From contig OU015566.1 of assembly GCA_907165135.1 (NCBI GenBank), forward strand, positions 12,276,001-12,340,000: a DNA stretch of 64,000 bases, in the 5' to 3' direction. Shown piece by piece: positions 28,731-43,686 of this stretch; within the stretch, counting starts at the first letter, position 1, and every line of letters starts with the position of its first letter. The position numbers were made by a program, and so were the translations under genes. Below the pieces are notes generated by a model. It was not told the origin of the DNA. It saw only the letters and a program-made list of their open reading frames with translations, and did not search any database. This stretch comes from Oikopleura dioica. Taxonomy: Eukaryota; Animalia; Chordata.

Positions 28731-30517
28731 ATGCGCTTGAATGTTTCGGGTTTCTTTATGTTGCTTTTGGGGGTGACAGCGATGGATTATGAGTGTGATG
28801 GAGTGATTGGGTGCTTCCCAGAGAAGTATGAGAGGGTTTATGGGTACATACCGACGAGGAAGAAGCCGCTTTCTAGGTTTAATTTGGGAGGTATGTTAGT
28901 TTCTCTTTCTGAAATCAACGAAGAATCGTCATTCAGGAAAAAATGGTGGCATCATTCTCAATTCCACATGGATTGAGCCGGACCCTAATTTATCCTATCT
29001 ATCAAATGAGACATCCGCAGATGAAGTTTTCAAAAAGTTCAATCCGAAAAACAAAATGGTAGTCATTATCCACGGTTGGCAAATTGCAAATACGCCTGTT
29101 AAAGAAATGATTGATGGAAAATTAACTGATACTGTTCAATTGGGTTCATGGCAAAATGATTTGGAGAACGCATTATTTCAAAAGGAGGATGAAATTAATG
29201 TGGTGATTCTTGACTGGCGGAGAGGAGCCACTGTAGGATACAGGTAACTGTAGCTCAGCTGTACCTAGCCATCCATAAATCATTCATCACAGGGGCGCGA
29301 TGTCAAACACGTGGGTAGTGGCTCGAGAGACTGTTGTCTTTCTCAAGGCATTTATCAATCGGGGTCTAAAGCTCGAAGATATTCACGTGCTCGGGCATTC
29401 GCTTGGAGCTCATGTGGCTGGAATTATCGGTAATAATTTGAAGCTGGAATTTGGAAAGAAGATCGGACGTGTGACAGGTCTCGATCCTGCCGCTCCATAT
29501 TATGATGAAGTTCCTGGCGCTTGTGAGTTACCTAGAGAGTTGACAAGTAGTCTCATCTTATTTTCAAGTGATGATAGATTCTCATAATGCCGAGTTGGTT
29601 GATGTCTACCACACAGATACAAAGAGTCGACTGTATTCTAACGCTGGTCTTCCTGGGCAGCATGGGCACGCCGATTTCTATGTCAACGGAGGGGAGGATC
29701 AACCCCGATGCAAAAAACTGAAGACAGTTTCAAAACAAGAACTTTGTGATCACTTTAGCGTTTGCGATTATTTCGTCCAGGTAATTTCAGAGATTTTCGA
29801 GTGTTTAGTCAACGCGAACTTCAGTCAGTTCAAAGGCCTACTTATGCGATTCGCTGCGGTTCCTCCGAGGATTTTATTGCCGGAAAATGCAAGAGTTGCG
29901 GTCAACGAAAGTGCTCATTTGCAGGGTACAATTATCGACCGTTTGGGAATCACAAAGATGGCAAGATGTTTTACCAGACAACTGAGGAAGTGAAGAATAA
30001 GTGTGCCAGATCAGCTGCATTTGAATTTCGAACATTCGGAAAGCGTGAATCAAATATTCATGGAGATAAGAAGTTAAGAGCTGGAAAAATAGGAAAAGAG
30101 ATAAAAACAAGTCTGACCATTGATTTTGTAGAAGAAGACCTCCCCAAAAGGTTCTCTTCGTTGATTTCAGACTCTTGGATTAAAGTCGTTCATCTCTTCT
30201 TAGAGCTCAAACTCTTCTCTTTTTCAAACAGCACTCGTACCCTCACAGACTCAACCCTTCTCCCTGCGATAACAGGTTCAAGAAGGAAGACATTTTCATT
30301 CGTTCGGCCGATCCCGTGTGATGCACAAATCTTCCCACTGGAGCGTATCGAGATTTCGCTCATTGATTCGCAATCAGAATCGAAGCCAACAATCTCGGTT
30401 TCAATTCCAATTCGGCAAATTAAAATTTTCACCATCGAGCCCAATCCCTACCGAGGGAAGCTCAAGAGACAGTCAAGAAAGAAAAATGAACCGATGATCT
30501 TCAGACCAAAGAAATAA
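28731..30517 (+). CDS. Secreted pancreatic-lipase-family triacylglycerol lipase
   Basis: Signal peptide; VIIHGW; NVVILDW; GHSLGAHVAG nucleophile motif; RVTGLDPA; VDVYHTD; GHADFYVNGGEDQPRC. Confidence 0.92.
28909..28924 (+). repeat. Dispersed motif, copy 4 (lipase intron 1)
   Basis: CTGAAATCAACGAAGA read directly. Confidence 0.9.
30155..30170 (-). repeat. Dispersed motif, copy 5 (late lipase intron)
   Basis: TCTTCGTTGATTTCAG on the + strand. Confidence 0.9.
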
Positions 30518-30710
30518 AATGAAACCGTACTATCTAGCTACACTAGAAATTAGTGCGCGATTTATTCGATAGCCTACTGCAATATTCTTTCATTATTGAG
30601 CATATAGCCACTGTATTACCTTAAAAATTATACAAAATAAATAATAGCCTGACAGTAACTGGAAATTCTCTGATATTGAAAAGATTTATATTAGAAATTG
30701 TTAAACTGGC

Positions 30711-33240
30711 ATGAATGAATCGGAAACTCGAATAAACAGTCCACCACCAATAAAGGAGAAGGCGGCGGAGGAGGGATCAGTGGTCGAAGGTGAAAAGGTA
30801 AAATTTCTAGACGCGGCGACAGTCTACGAGACTAAGCCCAAGTTTAAATAAATTTTCTGGAACTTGGTCACTCCACATGCCCTGTTATTGCGAATTGCAA
30901 CTTCAGACATGAATAGACAATTTTATACACTTTTTCAGAGTATTTTTTTCCTAGAAGACAGTAAAGTTTTCGAATTTCTCGCTAGAATAGCTTTTGTTTT
31001 GCTAAATATGGTCAAATTGGAGGATTTAGAGATGGAAATTGACCAACTTCATCTAGAGGTTTGTCAAATTTTCTAGCACACGAAAAATAAAAAGTCCGCG
31101 TTCCATTCGAGAATGTTTCTTCGCCCAAAATTCGTTTTAGAGGGAATACTATCGCAGAAAGCCGCAGCTTAATAATTGCATAAAATGCTAAAAGTAGCAT
31201 AAATTTTATTTGCAAAAAAATTTTTTTGAGAATTTTATCTCAAAGCCGCGAGCGGTTTTAGAAGACGACTTCCTTTAGTTTCACTCGGAAGTTCGAATTC
31301 AATTGGTTTTTATAGCGTTCCCTGATATTTTTCAGACAATAGAAGGGCGTGTTTGCTTCAGTGAAATTAAATATTTGCGGAAAACGGACGTGAATTACTC
31401 TTAAGGAGAACCAGACCCCCGAAGCCGTGATCAGCATAGATGACGACGCAAATATAAATCCAACTTCCATCAAGAGCAAAACTCAGTCAGAGCTAAGCAT
31501 ATCTTCGAAAACCAGTCTCGATGAAAAGCCAAAAAATAGCCCGGCCAGGAAGCCGAGGAGGACCAAGGCAGAAATGGAAAAGGAGAAAAAAGAAAAAGAA
31601 GAGCAAAGAAAACGCAAAGCAGAAGAGCTAGCGAAGAAAAAAGCGGAAAAGGTTGGTTCTTCTTCTAGCTTCTAACTTGAGTTCAATCTTCTCAGGAGCG
31701 CGAAAAAGAAGAAAAACGCAAGGCAAAAGAGCTTGCTGATCAAGAGCGAGCAGAAAAGAAACGCCTTGAAAATGAAGAAAAACAAAGGTAGAAATTCTGT
31801 GCTTTCATACTTTTTTATGAAATGATATTTTGTAGAAAAGCAGCGGAAAGAGAGAAAATACGTCTTGAAAAAGAAGAAAAAGAGAAACAAGCTCGCGAAG
31901 AGCGAGAAAAGAAGCAAAAAGAAAAAGACGAAGCAAAGAGGAAAAAAGAAGATTTAGAAAAACGGAGACTAGAGGAAAAAGAAAAAGAGCGCCTTCTCAT
32001 TGAAGAGAGGGAGGAAAAAGCAAGGTCTGTCTATTTGCTGAGGTGTTCGATTATCCTAAATTGTGATTTCAGGCAACAAAGAGCCAAGTTTTTTCAAAGC
32101 TTTTCGAAAAAACGGCTTTCCACAAAAATTGAAAAAATCGAAGATGAACCGCGCTGGACGCCATTTGTCGCTCACAAGGAGCAGTTCCTTTGCCCAGTTA
32201 TTTATCGACAGTGGAGTGAATCAGAAGAAGACGACTTTGAAAAGTTTCTCAAATTATTACGCGAAAAGGGCTTTTCTTGCGAAGAATCAAAATACTTTCA
32301 TGAGCTCAAGTGAGTACAGTTTCTCAAGTTCGATTCTCCATTTCAAAGGCTATTATTCTCAATTCAATGCTCATTAGTATCATAGAAACCGGCCATTTCG
32401 GAGGCGTCCAAAACGAGAGCGGCGAAAAAAGACCGACGATGAGTGTTTCTTAATCAATCCAGAGCTGGAACAGGCGCTCAAAGAGGTAAGCCGCAGCGGT
32501 CACTTCCTCTTTCCGGAAAATCGAAAACCGAGTACCGGAAAGACGGCCGGTTGGTTTAATATTTACACGCTTTTGGTAGGGCGCGCGGTTCAAATATTTC
32601 AATTTTCACACGGATTATCGGCCGCCTTTTTACGGAACAAACAGAAGTACATCAACCGAGATCAATCCAAGACGGCCACTCGCTTTGGACCCAAATTTAG
32701 ATTACGAATACGACTCAGGTAAGCAATCACAAGAAAATCTCATCTGACCATCGTGATTTTAGGTGAAGATTGGGAAGAAGAACCGGAAGGCGAAGACGTC
32801 GAATCCGGGAATGAAAAAATGTCAGGTTGGTCAACCATTTTTGTTTACTTTCTGATAAGACTTTATTTAGACGAGGAAGAAATGGATGAAGACGACCAGG
32901 ACGGCTTTTTCGTTCCGCACGGTTACCTCAGCGACGATGAAGAAAACGCCGCTTGTGATCCGGATGGTAAGATCCTCATCATTAGCTTTGATGGTCCACT
33001 GCTATTTTTAGATCCGGAAGATAGGCGACCCAAACTTACTGAAAAGGAACTCCAAGAACGCGAAGAAAGATTCCAGAAAATGCGAAAACGGCGTCTTCGC
33101 AAGCTGATTGCCTTTACCGAGGGACCGATCTATTCCGATGAGGAAGATGATGACAAGCCGCAACTTGAAAATATGAGCTATGATCAAAAGACCAAAGAAT
33201 TCGACTGGGAAGAGGTCATTTGTTTGCGCGAGGTGAGCTT
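30711..33240 (+). CDS. CHAF1A: Chromatin assembly factor 1 subunit A (p150); 3' end unresolved
   Basis: K/E/R-rich helix; FHTDYRPPFYGT...LDYEYDSGEDWEEEPEGED; DGFFVPHGYLSDDE signature. Confidence 0.9.
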
Positions 33241-33821
33241 ATAATTTGAGCGTAACAAGTAACAAGGTCAAAAGCAGGGGAAACAAATTTCCATGAAATT
33301 TGACCTATTTTTGTAATCAACTGATTACGTGGTGATTACCAAGTTCATATTTACTCAAGAGCTAATAAGGGGATTCTTTTTTAGCAACGTTTTTCGATTT
33401 TAGAAATTTTCGAAAGTCCTCTTTCTTATAAACCGCTTTCGCAACGATTTCCCATGTTAAAAATGTGTTTTGCAAGCTGTTGGAAACCGGATTTAGTCCC
33501 ATCGGATTAGGAGTTTCCGCACAGTAACTCGCCCGCTTCCGATATCATGTCCATACAAGTGCTGATCCGCTTACGTCTGAGTTATCGGTTGGCCGCTGCA
33601 TTTTCACGGTTTTTGGCGCAACTTGGCAGGTGTGTGGTCGTGGGTGGTGGATAAACGCTTGTTCCAAGGCCCGGTCAATCCACCAAAAAGCTCCGGGCGT
33701 CGTTGCTCTTGCACCACCATTATTCTCAAGCCCCTCAGCTGCTTGTTACATGCATTGTTTCTTCTATCAACATAAACACCAATTGAATCTCCAAAAAACA
33801 ACTTATGCATTTTTGCTTTAG

Positions 33822-35413
33822 GGCTCACCAGATCCTCTGAGAGACTATTCCGACAATGAAATCGGCTCTCTTGATGGAATTTGGAATGAAATTGCATCAT
33901 CAGAGGAAGAGTGTGACATCGAAAACGTCGAACTTGACGAAGATGAAGAGGAGGATCTGGTAGAACTTGAAGACCAGTTCCCCTCAGACGAAGAGGACTT
34001 TGTTGAGCTAGAGAATCCTATGTGGGACAATTCTGCCATGAGAAACTGGAGCGACTTCGACGAAGTCAAAGAACAGCTGTTGAAGCGTGAGGAAGAGTAT
34101 GCTGCTCCTGAAGGTAAGTTTTGTAATTTTGACAGCAATTTTTATCATGAAACTAGACGATGCAATGGAAGTAGAAAAAACTCAGAAATCTGAGGATCAG
34201 CTCTTCTGCACTGAGAGTCCCGAGAAAACTCGAATGAGGAGGAAAATTTGGGCACATCCTTCTGGTGCTTCTGTTTCATGCGCTCGCGCTACAACATATT
34301 TGGATGTATGCGACTTGAATATGATCCTCAAAGACGGCAAGATTACTATTGCTCCTGGAATAGAACCTGAAGCTTCCGAATCCGAAGAGGTTGAGGAATT
34401 CATGGAAAACGAAGATTCTGAACATGAAGAGGAGCAGGAAGTGGAAGAAGATGGCGGAGAAATTCAAGGAGAAGTCATTGAAATCCTGAGCAGCGATGGC
34501 GAAGGTGATTCCGAGGGTCATGAATCCGAGGAAATTCCAGACACGGAAGATGAACAAGAAGTCGAACAACCAGAAGCCGTTTCTGAGGTAGACGAAGACG
34601 ATGACGATCTCGATAATGTCGAAGATGATGAAGATGACGAAGAATCCCTCGGCGACGAAGACTCGGATGAAGACGAGGAAGAGCTCGAAGATCCAGAAGA
34701 ACACGACAGCATTCCTTGTGGAGGAAATTTCGACGATGAACAGGAGAATAACAAGGTTAGATCGAGGCAAAAAGTGTGATCTCACTTTTCACTCAGCTGG
34801 ATTATGAATACAAAAACTCGAGCATCATACAAAATCGCTAAAGTCCTTTGTAGCTCGGTGAGAAGCGAAAAGTATCGCCAGCGCGAAGACAGTTGAACTT
34901 CGAAGACCCAAAAAATAATGACGAAGCTCCTCAAAAAGAGCCAGTAGCGCCAATTGTTATCGATAGCGATTCAAATCCTCCGTAAGTCTGATAATATTAC
35001 ACGTTCGTTTTTTCCAGTCTAATTGCTTTTACAAGCTTTCAGGGGCTCGGGAGGGTGAGAAAAAATGGCTTATTTTATAATTCGCTTCGAAATTCATGCG
35101 AAGATAAAAGACGCGCTGACCGTTTTAGCGGATCAAAGGCGGCGTCTAATTAACGCATGACTCAACAGCTGCCAGAACCCGTCCCCTTTCGCTTCCCCCT
35201 TTTTTTCTTTCCCAAGTGGCTTATAACTTGGCCCCACCTCTATGGCGCCCCCATGGGGAATTCAAATGTGGCGCGCAAAAATGCGTGAGCATTATTGGCC
35301 CCCGCAAATTACTGATTTTTTCTGCTTTTAGAGCACCTATTGAAGAGACACCGAAAGAAGAAAAAGTCAATATTTTGATACCGAAGAAGAAAAAGAAGAA
35401 AGATAAAAGTTAA
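33822..35413 (+). CDS. Highly acidic low-complexity coding exons with a poly-Lys C-terminus (CHAF1A extension or separate gene)
   Basis: D/E-rich open frames at 33822-34110 and 34150-34756; last exon ...IPKKKKKKDKS* joins the 34982 donor in frame. Confidence 0.6.
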
Positions 35414-36239
35414 AAGAGAGTTCTCATGAAGCCTTTTTCCACACCACCAAAAGCAAGTAGTTCTAATTTAGTTTATTCCTTTCAAATCTATTCCGTCAAA
35501 AATTTTTTTTAGCATCTATCCTGCCTTTTTTAACTAACACACATTTTTCCTCCTGACTCGATTCAATCTTCCTAATTCATTGATTGAGCCCATGGCTCGT
35601 GAAAACTGTCAGAAAATCTTCAATCTGACAGGAATCAAGAGAAGTTTTATTGAGTGGAAAATATCGGGCCCTGGCCCCAATTGACACGCTATATTACCCG
35701 TTTACTGGGTTATCAGTCCCACAAAATTGAAACAACACATGCTCCTTTTTTGCTACTTGTCACAGTTTTCTATCAGTTCAATAAATACTACGCCCTTTTG
35801 AAGCATGATCTTTTATTTGTTCCAAATAGCGAATAAAAGGATAAGTACCGAAAAAGGCCGTTATAAAAAGAACCCTCCGTTTAATTCCCTTCCAAATATT
35901 TGCGCTGTAATGACGACTCCTGTTTGAAAAGGTCGAGAGGTCTTTATTACAAGAAAAATCAACCCTGTCAAAATACGAGAATGATTGCGAAAATCTATAG
36001 ATCGTTTTAAAAAATCATCGCAGAAATTGTGCGTTTCACTCTATCAAACTGCCAGTTACCCTCCCACTACTACTTTCGTACAAAAGAGTAAAAAATACCT
36101 GTATAAAGATAAATAATATCAATCGTGCCTTTTTACAGTAAAACTCATCTAAACTTCTTCTTTTTTCAGAAAGTCGGAATTGGGAAAAAATGCTGAGAAG
36201 CTTTATCAAACCTGAAAATTGATTGAAAAAGTAAAGAAT

Positions 36240-39200
36240 ATGCAATCTAGCACTGGTTCAAGCAATGGCTACTATCTTGCTGAGCAAGCTGATCGATTGA
36301 TTCGGTAAGTCTTTAGTTTAACTCTCTGCCAGATGGCAAACTTTCTTTTACAACCGGGTGCTTGAACCGGAATCCACTTGAAATACTTCTAATATTACCC
36401 CGTCAATTATAATAAAATTACTCTTTGTAGAGCTTCCCGCTACCACGAGGCCTTTCAACTAGCCGCGCGCGCCCGCGACGCCGATGAATATTGCACCACT
36501 GCTTATATGGCCGAGGGGCTTGCTCTCCTTGGCCTCAACAAACCTGATGAGGCTCTCGCTGCCATCGCTGAGGGTATCGCCAACTGCCCAAGCGACATTC
36601 ACATACTTCGGACAATGATCAAAGTAGCCAAGGAATGTCCTCTCAAGAACGAACTCCGTGGCAATATCCAGCGACTTGAGCAAAAGAACCTCGCTGAAAA
36701 TCCATTTCTCGTCCTTTCGATGATCGGTCAAGATCTACACCGGGCAAAGCATCATCAGGCAGCAATAGACGTCCTCGAATGCGCCCTCGATCTGAATGCT
36801 CCTTCATTCAAGCTCCGTGGAACCGTTCTCAACTCTTTGGGTGCTGCTTATTGGGCTGTGGGCGAGAGAGAATCCGCTACATCAAAAATGAAGGAAGAAC
36901 TTATCTTGAGCCGGGAAAACGCCGACATCGAGGGGGAAATCAGAGCCCTTGGAAGCTTAGCCGCCGCAGCTCGTGAAAGTGGACGGTTGAGCGAGTCAAT
37001 CTCCTGCTTGCGTGAGCAAATCCGGGCCTCTCGATCCCTTCCTGATGTTCAATCCTCAGCTGCCGAGCTCTTGGCTCAACTTACCAACACAGAAATGGCT
37101 CTGCAAACATTGGAGAAATTCAGTGCCAAGGCGGCCACTTTCCTTCTATTCTCGCAGCGGAGAAGTGATAAGGCGGAAAAGCGCGATAGCTTGCGTCGGG
37201 CAATCGCCGCAGCGGAACGCTTCAAAGAGGAGGATTTACTCATCCAGTCCCTGCTCAAGCTTGGCCAAGTGCTTCTTGAACTGAAACTTCATGGCGACGC
37301 CATCGTTCGCGTGGAACGAGCAAAGCTACTACTTGCAAAACATCAAACAACCGGGAATAAACAACAACTGCTTCTCGATGCTTGTGCAACTCTGTGCACG
37401 TGTTATCGAGCTGTGAGAGAACATTCCAAGGCCACTCAGGTGGCGAGAAAGGGCGCGGAACTTTCACAAAAGTTGAACAACCCAGATGTCGAGTTTCACT
37501 GTCTTGGAGAAGAAGGACGAGCTTACCAAGATCTTGGCAATCCTGAAAAGGCACTGGCCAGTTTCACATCACAGCGGGAGCTCCTCAGTCCGTCTAGCTA
37601 TCCTATTGCTTGGGCAGATTGTCTTCTTGGCATCGTCGATTGCTTGGACAGTTTGAGCAAAAAAGCCGAAGCAAAGTCTGTGGCTCATGAACTCGCGCAC
37701 AAATGTGAACGAGAATACAACCTTCAAATCCGCGTCTACAGACGATTGTCTCGTCTTCATGCTGATGAAAATTGCCTCGACTTGACAGCGGCGATCAAAT
37801 CCACCGAGTCCCTTCTCTACGCCGCTATAAAAGAAGCTGACACGGAAGTCGAGTGGGAAGCATATCATTCTTTGGGACAGTATCACATGCGACTTGGGCA
37901 GCTTCAACAAGCTGAAAGTTGCTTGGAACGCGCCAAACGAATGGACCAAGACAAAAGCAAGGCGATTGATATTGATCTCGCTTATATCGCCTTTCAATTG
38001 AAAAACTTTGACAAGGCGCGCACGATCCTACGTCATCACCATACGAATGAGGCGTTCAACATCCTTGGTAAGATTTAACTCTATCAAAAAGTCATTCTTA
38101 CTTGTTTTTCTAGCGCAAATCGAAGAGGAATCTGACAACTGCCAGGTTGCCGTCGATCTCTATAAAGGAATTATCGATTCGACTCAGAATCTGACTCTGA
38201 AAGATGCTTGCACGAGCAAACTAGCAAGATGTCTTCAGAAGATGAACCTCCACGACGAAGCCGTTTCAACTCTCAGAAATGTTGTCAAGAAAAGTGGTGG
38301 CGAAACCGACTCTGTTGTTTCTGACGCGACGCTGAACAAAACCGCCACTACTACTGCAACGATCTCAAGTATACACTCCACCGGGTCAAGTACAGCCGAA
38401 CAACTTCATCTGACTCTTGCCGAGTCACTGGCAGCGATTGGAAATATCGAAGAAGCGCTAGAAGAGGCTGAACATGCTGGAGATACTGGAACGTCTCTTC
38501 GGGAGCTTCTTCTTGTTCGGGAAAAGAAACTTACAGAAGCTTTGCACGAGAGAGTTGCTGATCCAAAGCCGGGTCTCCACTTTTCCCTCTGTCGGCTTGA
38601 TCTGCACTGCTGGCTCGTGAATGATTACCAACAAGTCATTGCTTTTTGTGGACACTCAAAGGCTTCTGACCACCTCGTTCGCCTCCGAAACATCATGCTT
38701 CGTGATCTCAGCCCTCGGATGGACATTTCTGATCAATCTATGGATAGCACCGACGACAATTTCACCCTTCAGTCCGCCTCGGTTTATCTTTACGAAGCAC
38801 TGATTGGCGCTTTTGAAGCGGAACTGGTTCGAGGTCAGTCTTTGGAAATCTACTGCCACGACGATCGGCTGTTATCTGTTCCATGGTCGTGCCTCACTGG
38901 AGACGATAAGATCCCACTCGTGGAAAAATACAAGATCGCAGTCGTTCCGTCTGCTCTTGATGTGATGCCAGCATCACCTGAATCCGGCGTGAAGCTTATC
39001 CAAATCCAATCTCTTGAGACTCAATCAGAACCAAACAGCAAGGACGAAGGGTTCCCACAAAGTGTCATCTCCAATCTTGCAGAATTGAAGAATGCCTTGG
39101 CGAAAGAAAAGCATGTTTGGCTGAGTCTGGACGTTCGCAGCGAGCTCGAACTTTGTCTGTCCGAAGAGCGACATGACGTTTATAACTTATTCTCAACTGG

Positions 39201-40363
39201 AGAGCTTTCAAATCTGAGTATGATCGTCCTTGATTCCGACAACACCGGCCCACTTGCAGATGTTCTGATCAAAGCAGGAGTTTCTTGCGTGATTCGACCA
39301 CTTTGGAAGGTTCCTAAGATCGCTGTGTCTGATTTTGTGCGATTATTGAACGAGAGCCTTGAATCAATGGATCCGATCAGTGCTTTACAAGATGCTCAGT
39401 TGAAACAAAAGTCGGGAAAGAAATTTGTCGATACTAGCTTTTGGGGTGCCTGGATTGGAACAGGGATTCCCAAGTCTGGTCCGAATGCGTCCATCACCGA
39501 TGCTCTTTATGGGCTTCTGAGAAGCGAACCGAGTAGAGCCAGGCGAACGCTTCTTCAAGTTCAGCTTGGCGAGAAGACTCTTTCAGAAGAAGATGAATCC
39601 CTTGTCGATGACTTTACAGCTCTCGTCCCGTCGCTTCTTGCGATTCCAGTGGATTGCTTGAGCGCTCTTGTTCCAATCCTTCCCCGACGTCGACTTCTCG
39701 GAGAAATCAAACGCCAATTGAAGTCATCTGACAAGAGCAGAATCGATATTGACATGTGCTCCTGGGCTGCCGGCGGGTGCCATGATTTCCTCCAGAAAAT
39801 GGGCTTTGGCGTCGTGGAAATGAGCGCCGAAAAGGTTTCCCTCCAAGGCGGCAAATCAGAAATCGTTGAAATCGTTCACCGCGCTCTCACGCAAATGCTC
39901 AGTACTACCGACAAGAGTGCCAGCCAAAGTCCAGATGAAACGAGCCTGGAACTAATTGAGAACTCGCCCGTTGTATCTGAGCCGTCAAATACGTCACCTC
40001 TAAGACACTCCGATGCGTCGCCATTCAGGTTCGTGATTTTAAAAGTTCAGTTTCTAGTTGAACCTATCTTTCAAGTAACCAGTTATTAAAAATCTATTCA
40101 GGGTTGTCCAACGAAAGGCGAAAAGTCTCAACGATACAATGGACTCTGCTCTCGGGCCTGAAAGCATCAAATCGCCTGACCTAAACCTTACCCCGTCAAA
40201 ACGCCGCGTTATTGAAGTGACTGGAAGATCGAGCTTGCCCCTAGTTCAACACAAGTTCCGATCGCTATGGATCGGCTCAGATCCGCTTCGACCCAGATGC
40301 GAGGAAGATCAGAGTTCCGGATTCGGCTCTGGACAGAACAAAACACTCAGTGAAACACTGTAA
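36240..40363 (+). CDS. TTC28: TTC28-like TPR and CHAT-domain protein
   Basis: NPFLVLSMIGQDL...FKLRGTVLNSLGAAYWAVG matches TTC28 SPFVVVSVVGQEL...LKLRGSVFSALSSAYWSLG; CHAT-like AGVSCVIRPLWKV...FWGAWIGTG. Confidence 0.82.
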
Positions 40364-40622
40364 CTGTAAATTAATCTTATTTGTATAAACGTTATTTTTA
40401 TATATTCCGATGAAACTGCCTTATCTTGATTTACACGCCTAGAATATATCTTCACTCTTTTATTCCGAAAAAATAACCTAAATTGTTTCTTGTACTGTTG
40501 GAGGCTCAAAAAACTAGAGTTACTGTGAACGAAATCTTATACAATCGACTGTTCTTGTAATTATTTCTTCGCCTGTTTCTGAATGTATATTTTGACAAAA
40601 AAAAAATAAAAAGCATAAAATC

Positions 40623-40638
40623 TCTTCGTTGATTTCAA
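40623..40638 (-). repeat. Dispersed motif, copy 6 (downstream of TTC28)
   Basis: TCTTCGTTGATTTCAA on the + strand. Confidence 0.9.
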
Positions 40639-41635
40639 TCAAAATGGTTTTGATGGCCGTTAAAGGCTTGAATTAAAGTTTTAATTGAAGGAGCTGAGTA
40701 ATTCTCTAGAATAATTCTCTCCCAATATTTGCACACTCTTATCGACCGTACAGTTTCTAATCATACAGTCGCTTGGTTACTCATGCTCTGGCTCTCGAGC
40801 TGGTCCACTCTGAATTAGTGTGAATCACACACTCAATGATGCACTATTCCCTTGGCTGATCCCCTGGCCAATGGCCGGCGCGTGAGCTCGGTTGAGATCA
40901 TCTCCAGAGCACGGAGCTTCGTGGCCCTAGCGCGCGTGGGCGCACTCCTTTATTCCCGCAGCAGATCGCGCCAACTTAGTCAAGCCACCAAAAAATAGCA
41001 AGGAAATACTCACCCTAAAAGCCTTCCCCGAGCCGTAGATAGAGAACAAGGGGCCTCACAGATCGCGGAAAACGTGTATTTTTCTGTTGTTTAGCGGCGC
41101 GGACTGAGCAAACTTATTTTGTCGTTCAACGGCGCCACGGGTCAGAGCGGGTGAGAGGCTTCAGGGAGATTTTGAAAAATAAAATTATACAAAAGAGACT
41201 TTAAGAGCGATTTATTTTATGAAAGAGACTCGGTGAAAGTGAGGAAAAAGAAAATGTATGAAGACGGCAGAAAACTGAACTGGAATCGATTTTCATCAGC
41301 CACGGTTTTAAATAGTTATTGATTCAAAATAATGCCGACTTTTTGTTTGTTTTTTAAAAACAGCCTTTCTTTTGAAGGTTCTTTGCAAGTAAAAAGCAGT
41401 AAGGTTAAAATTAAGTAACTTCCGCTCACGTCAGTTTATTTCTCCTTCACGGAAAGGGTGGTCTGTCTTTCTCAAAATTCCTGAATCCTCACTAGTCTGG
41501 CCCTTAGTCAAGCCATCACTATTATCATGCCCTGTCTACATGTGACCATGTGATACCTCTATTATTTATCTTCTCTGCTTCCCATTTTACGAGTGCTCAA
41601 TCATTCAAGAGTGATTTTATTCAGAAAGAAGTTGA

Positions 41636-42619
<984 letters not shown>

Positions 42620-42715
42620 AAATGTTGGAAAGTTATCTTCTCACTGGAAAATTAATTCCCTAAAGGCGCCGGGCTGATTGCTTTTTTGTTTTTTCTCGGT
42701 CGATAATTTTCATAT

Positions 42716-42731
42716 TTGAAATCAAGGAAGA
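42716..42731 (+). repeat. Dispersed motif, copy 7 (RAB1 3' UTR)
   Basis: TTGAAATCAAGGAAGA read directly. Confidence 0.9.
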
Positions 42732-43686
42732 GTACATATATTGAGCATTTATCTGTTTATATTAAACAGCCCTGTAAAAAGATATATACACCACAACTCT
42801 CGCCACTTTCAACTCTCATCGCTGCACCACCTTTGCGTCAATTTCACAATTTACAGTCTCCTCTTTCGAGGATGAAATATCGTCGGAACTAATCTCAATA
42901 TTCAAACCGTACCACCACCAGCTCGACCCAAAAAAGAAGAAAACTACGTTTTGTCAATATTTCCCTCTATTCGTTATATAATATTACAAGAAACGACATA
43001 TTTATATACAAAAAATATACTTACATTACAATAATTCTTCGCCGCAGCCTGCAGGTGGCACTTTTGCGTTTTTCTTTTTTTCTTTCATGAACATGTTCGA
43101 AATTTACTCCATCCGGTAAATGCAATAAAATTATTCTGATCAAAATCAATGTCTTTTGTTCAATTGTCATTACAGGTATCTAACAGTGTCAAAGAGGGAA
43201 GGTCAGCAATTGCGTCAACAGTCAATTCCGTTGTTCACGCAATTGCTGATTTTCCGGACAAGAAAGTCGCGAGTTTCTTCACCGCTATTTCCATCTTCTA
43301 TTCTAACCAGTAAGTTCTAATCAGATTTTATCAATTTTTCGCTGTCAACCAACATACAAGCTCAACTTCGTTATATTCTTATAGTGAGACAACCACGTTT
43401 TCATCTTTTCACGTATGCTTGGCAATGACTTTCGTAGGAGCCAGTATATTTTCTTTTCAATAATATTACTGCAAAATCATGATAAATATACATAATAATT
43501 TTCACTTTCGGAATGTATGCAAGAACACGAAGCTTTTGCATATGATTCGAGTTTATTTCGATTGACAGTTAAGGTACTAAAGATCAGAAAGTGCGAAGGA
43601 TTCTCTTGTCCCTCTACTCGGCATAAGCGGACTTACATCGTTGCCGATCTGTTGACTTATCGATCGAGGAAAGATTCGACCTGAAC

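Noticed and set aside
22250-41117. 12-mer GAGCAAACTTAT shared by two GC-rich non-coding patches (22250, 41106)
   Set aside because: Only two copies; could be chance or a common transcription-factor site.
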